Of a stretch of 64,000 bases of DNA, positions 38,803 through 48,929 are shown in pieces. Source of the DNA: an uncultured Desulfobacter sp. (GTDB lineage Bacteria; Desulfobacterota; Desulfobacteria; Desulfobacterales; Desulfobacteraceae). Position numbers and translations under genes: made by a program. Every line of letters starts with the position of its first letter. The stretch's first letter is position 1. Under the pieces are notes generated by a model. It was not told the DNA's origin. It worked only from the letters and a program-made list of their open reading frames with translations, and ran no database searches. Where the stretch lies: NCBI GenBank assembly GCA_963665095.1, contig OY762069.1, forward strand, positions 3,200,001-3,264,000, written 5' to 3'.

Positions 38803-40869
38803 TTATTGATGAAAGATGGCAACCGGCGGCACTGCCGCATCAAACCCCATGAATTTCACAAAGCTGGCAGGATTGTTGTATATGGTCCTGTTATAACCGT
38901 GATACGGGGGAAACCAGTGGGTCCGTAAATCAACCACGGCTTCTGTTCCAGCCTCTTCAACAGACAACAGTTCAATGCCAAAGGAGGTATTGATCCCGGG
39001 AATTCCCATTCCCAGCTTAAACTTGACCTTGGTATCATCCTTGACATCGGCACGTCTGACCCGCAGCCGGATACATTGAGGCGTCTGCCTGGCAACGGCT
39101 TTGGCCATTGTTTTAATAAATGTTTTCCGCCCGCCCTTAATCTCAGGAACCCCTTGTTCAAGCATGTTGATCTCTAATGCATCCCCTTCTTTTGCAAAAC
39201 AGGATTCAATGATCAAAGAGGTATTTCCACTGTTGAATGATGTGGCAAAACTGACCAGGGTATTCCGGCAGGAGGCAATAAAGTCGCACAGATCACCCAG
39301 GCTGACATGGAGGACAGCGGCCAGGTTGCTTAAATAGAGTTTGCTGCCCTTATCCGTTTTATTTTTTTCATAATTTTGCAGGTGTTTTACAAGGGTTATG
39401 GGCAGAACAGACTCACCAAAACTGACCCCGCTGCCCATCTGACTGATAATACTGCCCCCTTTATTAAACGGGCTGTTTCGCTGGGGAGGCGCCCAGAAGA
39501 CAACGCCTGACTGGTATGAAAATGAGTTATATAGAAGCTTTTTTTTGGATTTACTTTTTTCACCGCTTTTATACAGCAATTGGCCTTCCACACCAGCCTC
39601 GGCATAGACCTGTATCTGTTTATACCGGATACTGGTATCCTGGGTCATAATTATGACATCACCGTTTTTTTCATTGCGGCCATAATTCTGATAGCGGTAG
39701 CTTGTGGTTTTTATGGCCCCGGTAATCCCCGCCCCTGCTTTACCTGATATTCCCTGTCCCAGAGCTCCGGCACTAAAGGTCACCTGGGTGCTGGCACCGG
39801 CCTCCGGCTGATGGGACACCAGATCCAGAAAGCACAGATTCTGATCCCTTGTGATCAGCTCTTCAGCGTTCAGATCCTGGTATCTTTTTTCCATTTTCCT
39901 TATTCGTGTCTTAGCGAAGTGATTAAAATCGTATTCTTTAAAAGCAAAAATCTGCAGTTTATGGTACGTCAGACGATTGATAAAAACAGGCAGCCGGTAG
40001 TCTTTGATAAAAAGGGGATCTGTCCTGAGCAGCTTTTCCACCTCATTCAGTGCCGCCTCTATTCTCTTAAAGGTGACATTCCCGCCAGTAATGTGTTTCC
40101 AGGCCTGTCGTTTGGGCTTAAATGGGGTAAATTTAGGATGGGTGTCAAAAAATTTTAAAACGTCGCTTTTTACTCTTTCTTTACTGCCCGGGCCTATCAT
40201 GGAAGCAAATGCAGTTTTTAAAAAAGTATCGCCCAGAGACTCAAAATAAGAGGGACTTAAATCCCGCATCTTAAGCCAGACCCCCTTCCATCCGCCCCGA
40301 AGGGCTGCTGTTGCCTTAGCACCTAACTCAAAAGAGAGTAAGTCCGCCGTATCACCGGCCTCGCTTAATGAGGGACTTTGGAATCCGGGATCATTGGAAT
40401 TCATATCCGTGTAGAGGCCGGGTGTCTGGACCCCGGCTTCCAGTGACATTGCCACAGCATGGGTCTTTTTCATGCCCTTCATGCAGCTCAGGACAACCGG
40501 CAGGTTTGTCTCAAACGTCTTCAGACTTTTCGGCATACGGGTGAGAACGATCATCATCTGCTGGGCTCGGGTCCCCTGATATGAGCCACCGATTTCAATG
40601 GTCACAAACGGAGCAACCAGTGATCCCAAATCAACCGCAGCCTCTACTTTTGCGCCATATCCCCTGGATGAATAGCCGGAACAAAGCTGTCCCTTATACT
40701 CGATACGGTCACGCATAAAGACTTGAAAGAGATCGTCGTGGGTAACGACTTTCTGCTGCCATTGAGGCAGACCACTCTCCCGGGATTTTTCTGCTTGTTC
40801 TGCGAGCAGTTCGTAAAGATTGGAGCCAAGATTCATTGTCTTATTACGCCTACCAAATACTTTTCCCAT
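38803..40869 (-). CDS. Hypothetical protein (688 aa)
   Basis: Long uninterrupted ORF with AT-rich flanks; no family recognised. Confidence 0.75.
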   Translation of the reverse strand: MGKVFGRRNKTMNLGSNLYELLAEQAEKSRESGLPQWQQKVVTHDDLFQVFMRDRIEYKGQLCSGYSSRGYGAKVEAAVDLGSLVAPFVTIEIGGSYQGTRAQQMMIVLTRMPKSLKTFETNLPVVLSCMKGMKKTHAVAMSLEAGVQTPGLYTDMNSNDPGFQSPSLSEAGDTADLLSFELGAKATAALRGGWKGVWLKMRDLSPSYFESLGDTFLKTAFASMIGPGSKERVKSDVLKFFDTHPKFTPFKPKRQAWKHITGGNVTFKRIEAALNEVEKLLRTDPLFIKDYRLPVFINRLTYHKLQIFAFKEYDFNHFAKTRIRKMEKRYQDLNAEELITRDQNLCFLDLVSHQPEAGASTQVTFSAGALGQGISGKAGAGITGAIKTTSYRYQNYGRNEKNGDVIIMTQDTSIRYKQIQVYAEAGVEGQLLYKSGEKSKSKKKLLYNSFSYQSGVVFWAPPQRNSPFNKGGSIISQMGSGVSFGESVLPITLVKHLQNYEKNKTDKGSKLYLSNLAAVLHVSLGDLCDFIASCRNTLVSFATSFNSGNTSLIIESCFAKEGDALEINMLEQGVPEIKGGRKTFIKTMAKAVARQTPQCIRLRVRRADVKDDTKVKFKLGMGIPGINTSFGIELLSVEEAGTEAVVDLRTHWFPPYHGYNRTIYNNPASFVKFMGFDAAVPPVAIFHQ

Positions 40870-40959
40870 TTTATGATCCTGTTAATTGAAGAAATGATAT
40901 TGGATTTTATCAAATAATAAGAAAAAATCCATTTGGATTTTCCAAACATTTTTTGTAAC

Positions 40960-41202
40960 TATTCAGCTCCCCTGAACAAGATTATACTATCTTGACATTT
41001 TTTCGCCTTTTATACTTCCATGAATCTGCAGTCTACCACAGTTCACTGAACAACCGCTATTTTTTTGTTTTCTCAAACCGGGCTTTTGCTTGTTGAATAA
41101 ACGGTTCTGCCAATTTTTCAATTCGGGAATTCCGGGCGATGCCGATAATGTAACTGATGTTATTTTTATCGCACCAGCTCATTATCAAATGCCGGCAAAA
41201 CC
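40960..41202 (-). mobile_element. IS1380-family transposase relic
   Basis: The - strand translates FCRHLIMSWCDKNNISYIIGIARNSRIEKLAEPFIQQAKARFEKTKK*RLFSELW*TADSWKYKRR, matching the IS1380 DSGFCR..LM.WCE.N...Y..G.A.N.RL region, with in-frame stops. Confidence 0.7.
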
Positions 41203-41419
41203 TGTTTTTCTTTCCCAGCAGAGTTGTCGACCCGCAGAATTTTTAAACCGGCATAAATGGATGCCCTTTATCTTTACATTCGTCTTGATCCTATTTATAG
41301 TCATACAGAACCTCTAACCTTTTAATTAATTAATAAAAAGTGGGGTTGTTTACCCTGTATCGAAACGCATTTTTGTCCGAATCCGGCGTCAAAACGGCTA
41401 TTGTGCCGCCGGCTAAGCT

Positions 41420-43884
41420 TTGTTGACAATGCCAAGACATATCTCTTCTATGATAGAAATACAGATTGAAAACCAACAGCTCATCTCCCTTGCAGTTAAA
41501 TGCAAACTCATCTCTGCAAACCAGGAACAGGTCGTATTGTCCCGGCTGATTGAACTCTATCAGACAGATCCTGCGTATAGTGTGGTGACGATTTTCAAAG
41601 AAAGGAAAATTCTGACTCAGGAAAAAATCAACGCACTGATGGCCCTACGAAAACACCTGAAAACAAAAATGCTCGATAAGCGGTTCGGCGCAATCGGCAT
41701 CAGCAACCGGTTTATCTCCCCTGAGCATGTGGAAACCGCGCTGAATGACCAGGACGCCTATTTCCGGGAGAACCAGAAAAGCAAAAAAATCGGAGATATT
41801 CTTGTTGAAAAAAATGCGATAAGCAATGCCAATAAAACGGCAATTCTTCTTACCCAGGACAGAATCCAGGATGACTTTCTTGAACAGGCAATTTATGACA
41901 TTGCCACATCTGAGATAGAGCAGGTAACCATCAATAAGCGCTTCGGGGCCATTGCCGTTAAACATAATTTCATATCCATTGAACAACTCAATCAGGCGTT
42001 AAAGTTTCAAAAAAAAGAGGCTGGCGCAAAAAATAAGAAACGATATCTGGGTGGCATATTACAGGAGCTTTTTCAACTGACGGACCAGGAGGTTCTTTCG
42101 ATCTTAAAAATTCAAAAACAGTTTGAAAAGGAACGCTTATCTCTTGAGAAGGCAGTCACCCTTTACAAATCGGAAGTTTCTTCAAGCAAGCGGTTCAATC
42201 AGTTATTTGATTTCACGATTTCCAGAGATAAGATGGAAGCATTTATCCATCGCAAAAGAGAATCATTTGAAAAAATGGAACTGAGTCATTTCCATAACTG
42301 GTTAAAACTGAACGGCATTCGATCCGGATTAATCAGCAACGCACTGATCAATGTTTTTTTGTCTGACTCCGAAGTTGGTGAAAAATTAAAAATTGCCCAG
42401 GGGAAATACCCGACACTTCCCACTGACGAAACTGTTCAGTTTCATTTTGATACCACCTCAGCAACCAATACATCATCCACCGGTCTTAGGGCTGACGATC
42501 AAAACTTAAAGGCCCGGGTTAAAAAAGGAACCATTATAGCAAAACTGACCCCCCATAAGCCAGGAAAGCCAGGCAAGGATGTGATGGGGAACACCATATT
42601 GCCCCCTGAACCCAGGATGCATCTTTTGATGTGCGGTGATGGTGTGGTGAAAAAGGATTTAAATTTTATTGCTGTCCAGGATGGGGCGCCGGTGCTTTTC
42701 AAGCAAAGAACCCTGTTTATCGAACCTTGCGGCAGAGACAAGGAAACCAAAACATTAAAAGGACACGTTGAAACCGACACAAAAACAGCCTATGGTGATG
42801 TTAACTTAAAAGTTGAAGGAAACATCCAGGCCAACGGTGCGCTCATTTGCCACAACCTGTCAATCAAAGGGAATGTACTGGGAAAGGTGAATGCCTCCGG
42901 GGATATCCATATCCAAGGAGATATCGGAGAAAACGAATCCTTTGTCCAAAATTCTGAATATCGGACAATTATCTCGTCCGAGGGGAATCTGAAACTGTCA
43001 AAAATATTGCCCAGGCCAAGGTTGTGGCATCCAAAAATGTTGCCGCCCCGAACGCCAATGTGTTTTCAAGTGAAATCCATGCCATGGAAACCATTCTTCT
43101 AAACAACGTATATTCCAGAAAAGAACACCCCTCCATCCTTGAGATCGGCCACATCCCCAATTTCCGTGTAGAGGCTGTCAACCGTTTGATAGATAAAGAA
43201 ATAGCTGTTTTAAGAACATTTCAAAACCAGGACGAACTGGATCAGTTAGCCCTGAAATTACAACAATTTTCCCAGGCCCAAAACGACTATCTGGAAAAAG
43301 AACGAATTCTTTCATATCTTCTGAAAGTCTGCGATGCAGATGGACAAAAGCATATGGAATCCCTTGCAGATAAAATTCAATTATATGAGCCTGATTCGTC
43401 AGACAGTAGTGATGACCTGTTAAACAGTGAAAATGCTTTGGCCTATATGAACGAAGAAATCAAACAGGTCGAAGGGTTAAACTCCGAGCTGCAGAAGGAC
43501 CGTTTATCCCGGCGGCGGTTTGATATCTCCAAGCTTTACCGGACCGCGACCGAAAGGACAGAGCGGTATATGGCTGAATACCGGGTCCGGAAGAAAAGCA
43601 TTATGAAAAAAGTGGCTGAAAAGCAGCCTGAAATTAATTTTCAAAAACAGAAAATTGAAGAACTGAGGATTCAAAAGGATTTTCTTTTATTTCAAAACCG
43701 ACCTGCGGCACCGTCTTTTCAACCCGCCATCCGTGTTAAAAACATGGTCGAAAAACATACGGTTATCAAGGGACCCCATACTTGTGTAACCATCAAAACA
43801 AACATCTATGGCGTCAAAATCAGAGAGGTAAAAGATGCCGTTTCCGGGAATTACGAGCTCCTCATTGAAGGGTACTACGATTAA
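41420..43884 (+). pseudogene. FapA/DUF342-family protein with N-terminal MshEN-like repeats, split by a frameshift near 43000
   Basis: ISRDKMEAF, IAQG..P, VKKG.IIA.L.P..PG.PGKDVMG and A..DG.P (DUF342). ORFs 41420-43102 and 43024-43884 join if one A is added to TCAAAAATATT. Confidence 0.75.
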
Positions 43885-43929
43885 CTTGTATCCAGGATGC
43901 GAAGGGAACGGGGAAATAGATATTTTTTT

Positions 43930-44943
43930 TCAATTTATGGATTGAAGCCGGTTCTTCAGGTATTGCTTGGGAAGGATGCCAAAACGTTTCCTGAACGCGT
44001 CACTGAAATGGCTGACATTGGTGTATCCCACCGCCCATGCCGTCTGACTGACATTGTTCCGGGTTTCATCCAGAAGTGTTCTTGCCTGTTGCATCCGGAA
44101 TGTACGGAAATAGTCAAACACGCTTTTTCCATATGCCTGCCTGAAACCTGTCTGAAGTTTAGCCGGGGTCAGGCCTGTCAGTTTCGCCAGTTCATCCAGG
44201 CACGGGGGGGACTGCAGATTCGAGATCAACAGATCCCGGGCCTCATGGATCTTTTGTTTCTCATCCAGGTTTAAAAACTGCCCCTTGGATGCCGAGGAAC
44301 TATTTGATGATGGGCAATTGGATGACTGACTGTAATCAAGCCCCAGGGCAGCCAGGTGCAGGCAGAGCAGTTCCAGGCTTTTTCCCTCCAGGTAAAGGGG
44401 CCAGGGAAAGGCATTGCTGGATGTATTTAACAGCTGGTACACAACCGCCTGTATATCCGGGGTCATGGGCCTGGTATTCAGAAATTCAATCTGTGACGCG
44501 CCTTTCAGGACCTCCTGAAGTTCCGGAGGCAAAACGTTGCAACCCTGTTTTATCAGGCTGCGGAAAAACGGCAGGGTCATATGAAGGTGCAGCAGCTGCT
44601 GTTTGGTTTCCGCAGGAATGGTAAACTTTCCGGACTGCCCGGTTTCCAGCCGGACACCGCTGAGCCCGTTTCTGGCCGACATCTCTTTAGGCCCTGAACT
44701 CAACCGGCTGGTCTGTTTTCGGATACTGCCTGAAATGACAAAGCCGAAATCTATGACCGGATATTGTTTTTCATATTCCAGGCAGACCGGCGTATCCGAG
44801 GAAAAGTTGATCATGCTCATCCAGAACCCGGGGCGCATACAGATCTCCTGGTGGCCGTCCGCCTGAAAACCGTTGTCACAATCCGCACCAGCTTTTCGGG
44901 ACGGCTTAAAGCAGAACAATTTTTCCTTACCGATCAAGGGCAT
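43930..44943 (-). CDS. AraC family regulator (PchR/YbtA-like)
   Basis: LYLEGKSLELL, PPCLDELA...L...KLQTGFR..YG.SVF and NVSQTAWAVGYTNVSHFS motifs. Confidence 0.93.
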   Translation of the reverse strand: MPLIGKEKLFCFKPSRKAGADCDNGFQADGHQEICMRPGFWMSMINFSSDTPVCLEYEKQYPVIDFGFVISGSIRKQTSRLSSGPKEMSARNGLSGVRLETGQSGKFTIPAETKQQLLHLHMTLPFFRSLIKQGCNVLPPELQEVLKGASQIEFLNTRPMTPDIQAVVYQLLNTSSNAFPWPLYLEGKSLELLCLHLAALGLDYSQSSNCPSSNSSSASKGQFLNLDEKQKIHEARDLLISNLQSPPCLDELAKLTGLTPAKLQTGFRQAYGKSVFDYFRTFRMQQARTLLDETRNNVSQTAWAVGYTNVSHFSDAFRKRFGILPKQYLKNRLQSIN

Positions 44944-45076
44944 CCCGCCTCCTTTTCTGTGTTGTATTTTAAAGATATGTAAACAGCCCCATGACCCGGA
45001 TTAAATCAAGCATTCGTTATCCTTTCCTTGAAAATGGACATTGACCACCTTCAATAGATGGAAGATACGGGCCGGG

Positions 45077-45277
45077 CTACACATCCAGGGCAAATCGGCT
45101 TAAGTATGCATCCAGGGCAGCCCTGGATTTTTCTTCAAGAAATGGACAGTCATCTACCCCTTTGGCCCCCTCGGCCAGCCTGAGGGCAAATACCATGCAG
45201 GTGGGCTGGCGGCATTCCCGGCAGTTGGTACACGGCAGATGTTTTAAGATTTCCAGGTTAAAGGTTTTAAGCAGCAT
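45077..45277 (-). CDS. Small putative Fe-S cluster protein (possibly internally deleted)
   Basis: LPCTNCRECRQPTCMVFA...DDCP motif; GGAGAGG RBS. Confidence 0.7.
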   Translation of the reverse strand: MLLKTFNLEILKHLPCTNCRECRQPTCMVFALRLAEGAKGVDDCPFLEEKSRAALDAYLSRFALDV

Positions 45278-45337
45278 TTTATCCTCTCCAAAAACAATTC
45301 GCGTGTTTTTTTATATGTTAATTCCAGTCAAATCCAT

Positions 45338-45369
45338 TTTCTACCCCGATCCGCATCATTTTTACCCGG
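45338..45369 (-). promoter_or_regulatory. 21-bp-spaced direct repeat, putative AraC-type operator
   Basis: - strand CCGGGTAAAAA-N10-CGGGGTAGAAA, followed 6 nt later by TTGACT. Confidence 0.5.
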
Positions 45370-45518
45370 AAAACGTGGTTTTCGTCTGAGAATCAGCCAG
45401 TTTTTAAATTAATTTTATTTGATCCCACAACTTTATTATTGCAATACAGACTATTAAAGTCTCACAAAAAAATGTTATAAGAACATTTAACGATAACGAA
45501 TTTACCTGGGACATTGCT

Positions 45519-46526
45519 ATGACTTCCCCGCGGAGAAATACAAACGACCGGTTTCAACCGGAATGGCCGGCTGACCAAGCTACCGGACTAAACGGCAACC
45601 CCCTGATGCACAGCATTCCGGACTCAGAAAAATCAGCAGTCCAACGCTGCTGTCAGGAATATCAGATACAGGCGGGGTTCAGCGTCAGCCTGTTTGACGT
45701 CGAACCTGAAGACGATTTATGCCTGTCCTTTGAAAGGGACCAGCCCACGCTTAATTTTGGATTTGTCCTTTCCGGAAACTTCACAAACCGCATCAAAGCG
45801 CCGGGACTGAACCCAAAGGGATTTTCCAATCAGGCCGGTGCCGGTGGTATTACTTTTCTTCCCCGCCAGGAGGGCTGTATTTCCATTCCCGGAAACCAGC
45901 GGGTCACCCTGGTTCACATCCATCTTTCCCCGCAGCTGTTCCATTCTCTTTTTTATCCGGACCGGGATAATCTTCCCAAAGGGCTTCAATTTGTAATGGA
46001 CGGGCGCCAGAATCACTCCTGGTCTTTCAGGTCCGGCATTTCCATGCATGCCAGGGACTGTCTGAACCGATTGATGGCAGGCCCTGCGCCGGGCACACCT
46101 GTCCGCATTTTTTACCAGGCTATCGCCCTGGACCTTCTTGCCGGCCAGATTGCCCGGGCCAATACCGCAGCTATCCCCGTGGCAGGGTTAAGCCGGGATG
46201 AGCGGGACCGCGTGGCCCATGCAAGAGAGCTGCTGGTCCGGGATCTTACCTCTCCTCCCGGCCTTAAACAACTGGCCCGGACAACCGGCCTGAACATGAA
46301 TAAACTCCAGCAGGGATTTCGCTGTCTGTACGGGGTTTCGGTCTTCCAGTATCTCCAGTCGTTCAGGGTAAAGGAGGCCAACCGCCTTTTTCACGAAACC
46401 GATATGAATGTCAGCCAGGCTGCCTTTGCTGTGGGCTACACCAATGTCAGCCACTTCAGCCGGGCCTATAAAAAACATTTCAACACCCTTCCTAAAAAAC
46501 ATCTGACCTGCATTAAAAGTGGATAG
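45519..46526 (+). CDS. AraC family regulator (PchR/YbtA-like)
   Basis: PPGLKQLA..GLN..KLQQGFR..YG.SVF and NVSQAAFAVGYTNVSHFS; paralogous to 43930-44943. Confidence 0.93.
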   Translation: MTSPRRNTNDRFQPEWPADQATGLNGNPLMHSIPDSEKSAVQRCCQEYQIQAGFSVSLFDVEPEDDLCLSFERDQPTLNFGFVLSGNFTNRIKAPGLNPKGFSNQAGAGGITFLPRQEGCISIPGNQRVTLVHIHLSPQLFHSLFYPDRDNLPKGLQFVMDGRQNHSWSFRSGISMHARDCLNRLMAGPAPGTPVRIFYQAIALDLLAGQIARANTAAIPVAGLSRDERDRVAHARELLVRDLTSPPGLKQLARTTGLNMNKLQQGFRCLYGVSVFQYLQSFRVKEANRLFHETDMNVSQAAFAVGYTNVSHFSRAYKKHFNTLPKKHLTCIKSG

Positions 46527-46610
46527 GCATACAGCCAGGCGGAAACCGGGTATAAAACTGGTGAGTTTTAATGGAGACTTTTTTATAAAAATCTAAACTC
46601 TGAGGACACT

Positions 46611-47582
46611 GTGAACATAAGTCTAAGTACGCCCCAAAATAACTGTGCAGGGGATGTCCCCTTTCCCGGGACCATGGGGCATACAACCCGACGTTCAATT
46701 CCGGTGACAGCCAGCCCTAGCTTCATGGAAGAACGGGTACTTGATAAGGGTTTCTCCCTATATCTTACTGAATTACTTCCTTCAACTCCGGTGGTGATGT
46801 CCTCGGATACCTGGCCAACTGGATTTGGCTGGGTTTTTATAATTTCAGGGCGTATATTTTACCATCATGACTCCTTTGGCCGTGAAATCAGGATGGAGGC
46901 CGGCATGAACCGGCTGGCATTCCAGCCCGGGGCATCGGGCTCAGCCCGTCTGTGCCCGGGAGATCCCATCCGAATAGTCACCATTACGCTCTCCCAGGAA
47001 CGGTTCGTCCAGACCATGGCCTCGGATATTGCCCATCTGCCCGAAGGCTTCCGGCGTGCATGCCGGAAACCGGACAGTCCGGGGATTTTTGCGTTAAACC
47101 ACAATACCTGGGACATTCAGGCCGCATTGTCCAGGTTAGTTGCAATCCTTTCCTGTCCCGGAGCATCAGAACTTTTGGTTAAAGGCCTGGCCCTGGAGCT
47201 CATGGGCCTTCAAACCATGCAGTTTTCCAAAGAAGTGTGCCGGACAATCTCTTCTAAAGAGCAGGAAAAGATCATTCAGGCCCAAAGCCTTTTAACCGGG
47301 GCTATGGAGAATCCGCCAAAACTTACGGAACTTGCACGCCGCGTCGGCTTGACCCCCAACCGCCTGAGCCAGGGGTTCAAGGCGGTATACGGGGCCACCC
47401 CCTTTGTCTGTTTAAAACGGGCCAGATTGGAACGGGCCCAAGAACTTCTGGCAACCCGGCAGATGAATGTCACTGAAACAGCCATGGCTGTGGGTTACGA
47501 TTCACTGAGCCACTTCTCCAAAGCTTTCTATAATCATTTCAAACGTAAACCCTGTGAAGTCAAGTCGCGTATTCTGCCTTAA
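46611..47582 (+). CDS. AraC family regulator
   Basis: PPKLTELARRVGL and NVTETAMAVGYDSLSHFSKAF motifs. Confidence 0.92.
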   Translation: MNISLSTPQNNCAGDVPFPGTMGHTTRRSIPVTASPSFMEERVLDKGFSLYLTELLPSTPVVMSSDTWPTGFGWVFIISGRIFYHHDSFGREIRMEAGMNRLAFQPGASGSARLCPGDPIRIVTITLSQERFVQTMASDIAHLPEGFRRACRKPDSPGIFALNHNTWDIQAALSRLVAILSCPGASELLVKGLALELMGLQTMQFSKEVCRTISSKEQEKIIQAQSLLTGAMENPPKLTELARRVGLTPNRLSQGFKAVYGATPFVCLKRARLERAQELLATRQMNVTETAMAVGYDSLSHFSKAFYNHFKRKPCEVKSRILP

Positions 47583-47678
47583 ATATTAAATCACAAAAAA
47601 TTAATATTGCACCGTTAGCGCCCCTGAGCTGAGTACCGTATAAGCCTGAAAGTTACAAACAGATTTTCAGGAGCGTGT

Positions 47679-48929
47679 ATGGTTCCACAAAAGATTGGCA
47701 AACTGGCATTTTTTTTTATTGCCTACCTGGGACAGCATACCCCGGTGGGGTTTATCTGGCTGGCCCTGCCGGTGATTTTCAGGGACAATGGCGTCAGCCT
47801 GTCAAAAATCGGGTTGGTCGGGCTGCTGTATACACCCTGGGCGTTGAAATTTTTGTATGCCCCGGTGGTGGACCGCGTTGCTCTGCCCTTTCTAAAAGGG
47901 CGGAAAAGAGCCTGGATAATTCTGAGTCGCACACTGGCGCTACTCTGCCTTGTTTTTCTCTCCTTTTTTCCTCCGGACACAGAGGTATTTATGGTGTTCT
48001 GTCTGGTACTGATGATGAATACGGCTTTCGCCCTTGGCGATATAGCCCTGGATGGGGCTGGGGCTGATATGTTTGAGCCCTGGGAGCGAACCTGGGGAGC
48101 CGGAATACAAATGACGGGAAACTTTACGGGGTTCATGGTGGGCGGGGGACTGTTTCTTATTGTATTTCAGTATCTGGGCTGGGCTTTTACCCTCCGGGGC
48201 CTGACGCTTTTTCTTTTAATATTATCCCTTCCCCTTTGGTTCTTAAAGGAAAAACAAAACGCCTTTATGCTCCAAAATCCGCATCCCCGGGTGGATGTCA
48301 AAAAATTTGTCGGCAGCACCCGGACCTGTGGATTTTTTATTTTTCTAATTTGTATGGCCCTGGCGCTGAAATCGGGTTATCAGCTTCGTCTCACCTTGCT
48401 TCACGATATCGGATTTTCCCCCAGGCGTATCGGCAACCTGATGCTGTGGGCAGGCTCTCCGGTAGCCATCGCCGGCACCTTTCTGGGCAGTTTTCTGAGC
48501 CGACATGTCCGGGCTGGCCAGCTGTTTGCCTGGGGATGCACCGGTGCGGCGCTGGTGGCGGCCATGTCTTGGGCGCTTGCAACAGGCATCTCGCACAGTC
48601 TGGTGATGATTGTCCTTACCATGGGGACTGAACAGCTGCTGATGGGCACTTTGATGACCGGCATTTATTCCCTGATTCTTGGTGCCAGTGCCGGTCCCCA
48701 GTCTTCAACCAATTTCGGCATCCTGTGCGGGGTGCAGCACTTGACAACCTTTGCGGCGGTTTTTTTGGGGGGATGGGCCGGGCAGCACCTGGGATACAGG
48801 ACTGTTTTCGCGCTCTTGACGCTGCTGTGCGTCATTTTGATTATACCGGTCCGGGCTTTGTTTTTTACAGCCATGAAGCACCTGGACCGGATCTTATTAT
48901 TACCAAAACAGAAAGGAATAGTTTCATGA
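47679..48929 (+). CDS. MFS transporter of the AmpG/RhtX/FptX/YbtX type
   Basis: Y.GQ..P.GF...ALP, PWALKFLYAPVVDR, RKRAWI and DIALDG motifs. Confidence 0.88.
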   Translation: MVPQKIGKLAFFFIAYLGQHTPVGFIWLALPVIFRDNGVSLSKIGLVGLLYTPWALKFLYAPVVDRVALPFLKGRKRAWIILSRTLALLCLVFLSFFPPDTEVFMVFCLVLMMNTAFALGDIALDGAGADMFEPWERTWGAGIQMTGNFTGFMVGGGLFLIVFQYLGWAFTLRGLTLFLLILSLPLWFLKEKQNAFMLQNPHPRVDVKKFVGSTRTCGFFIFLICMALALKSGYQLRLTLLHDIGFSPRRIGNLMLWAGSPVAIAGTFLGSFLSRHVRAGQLFAWGCTGAALVAAMSWALATGISHSLVMIVLTMGTEQLLMGTLMTGIYSLILGASAGPQSSTNFGILCGVQHLTTFAAVFLGGWAGQHLGYRTVFALLTLLCVILIIPVRALFFTAMKHLDRILLLPKQKGIVS

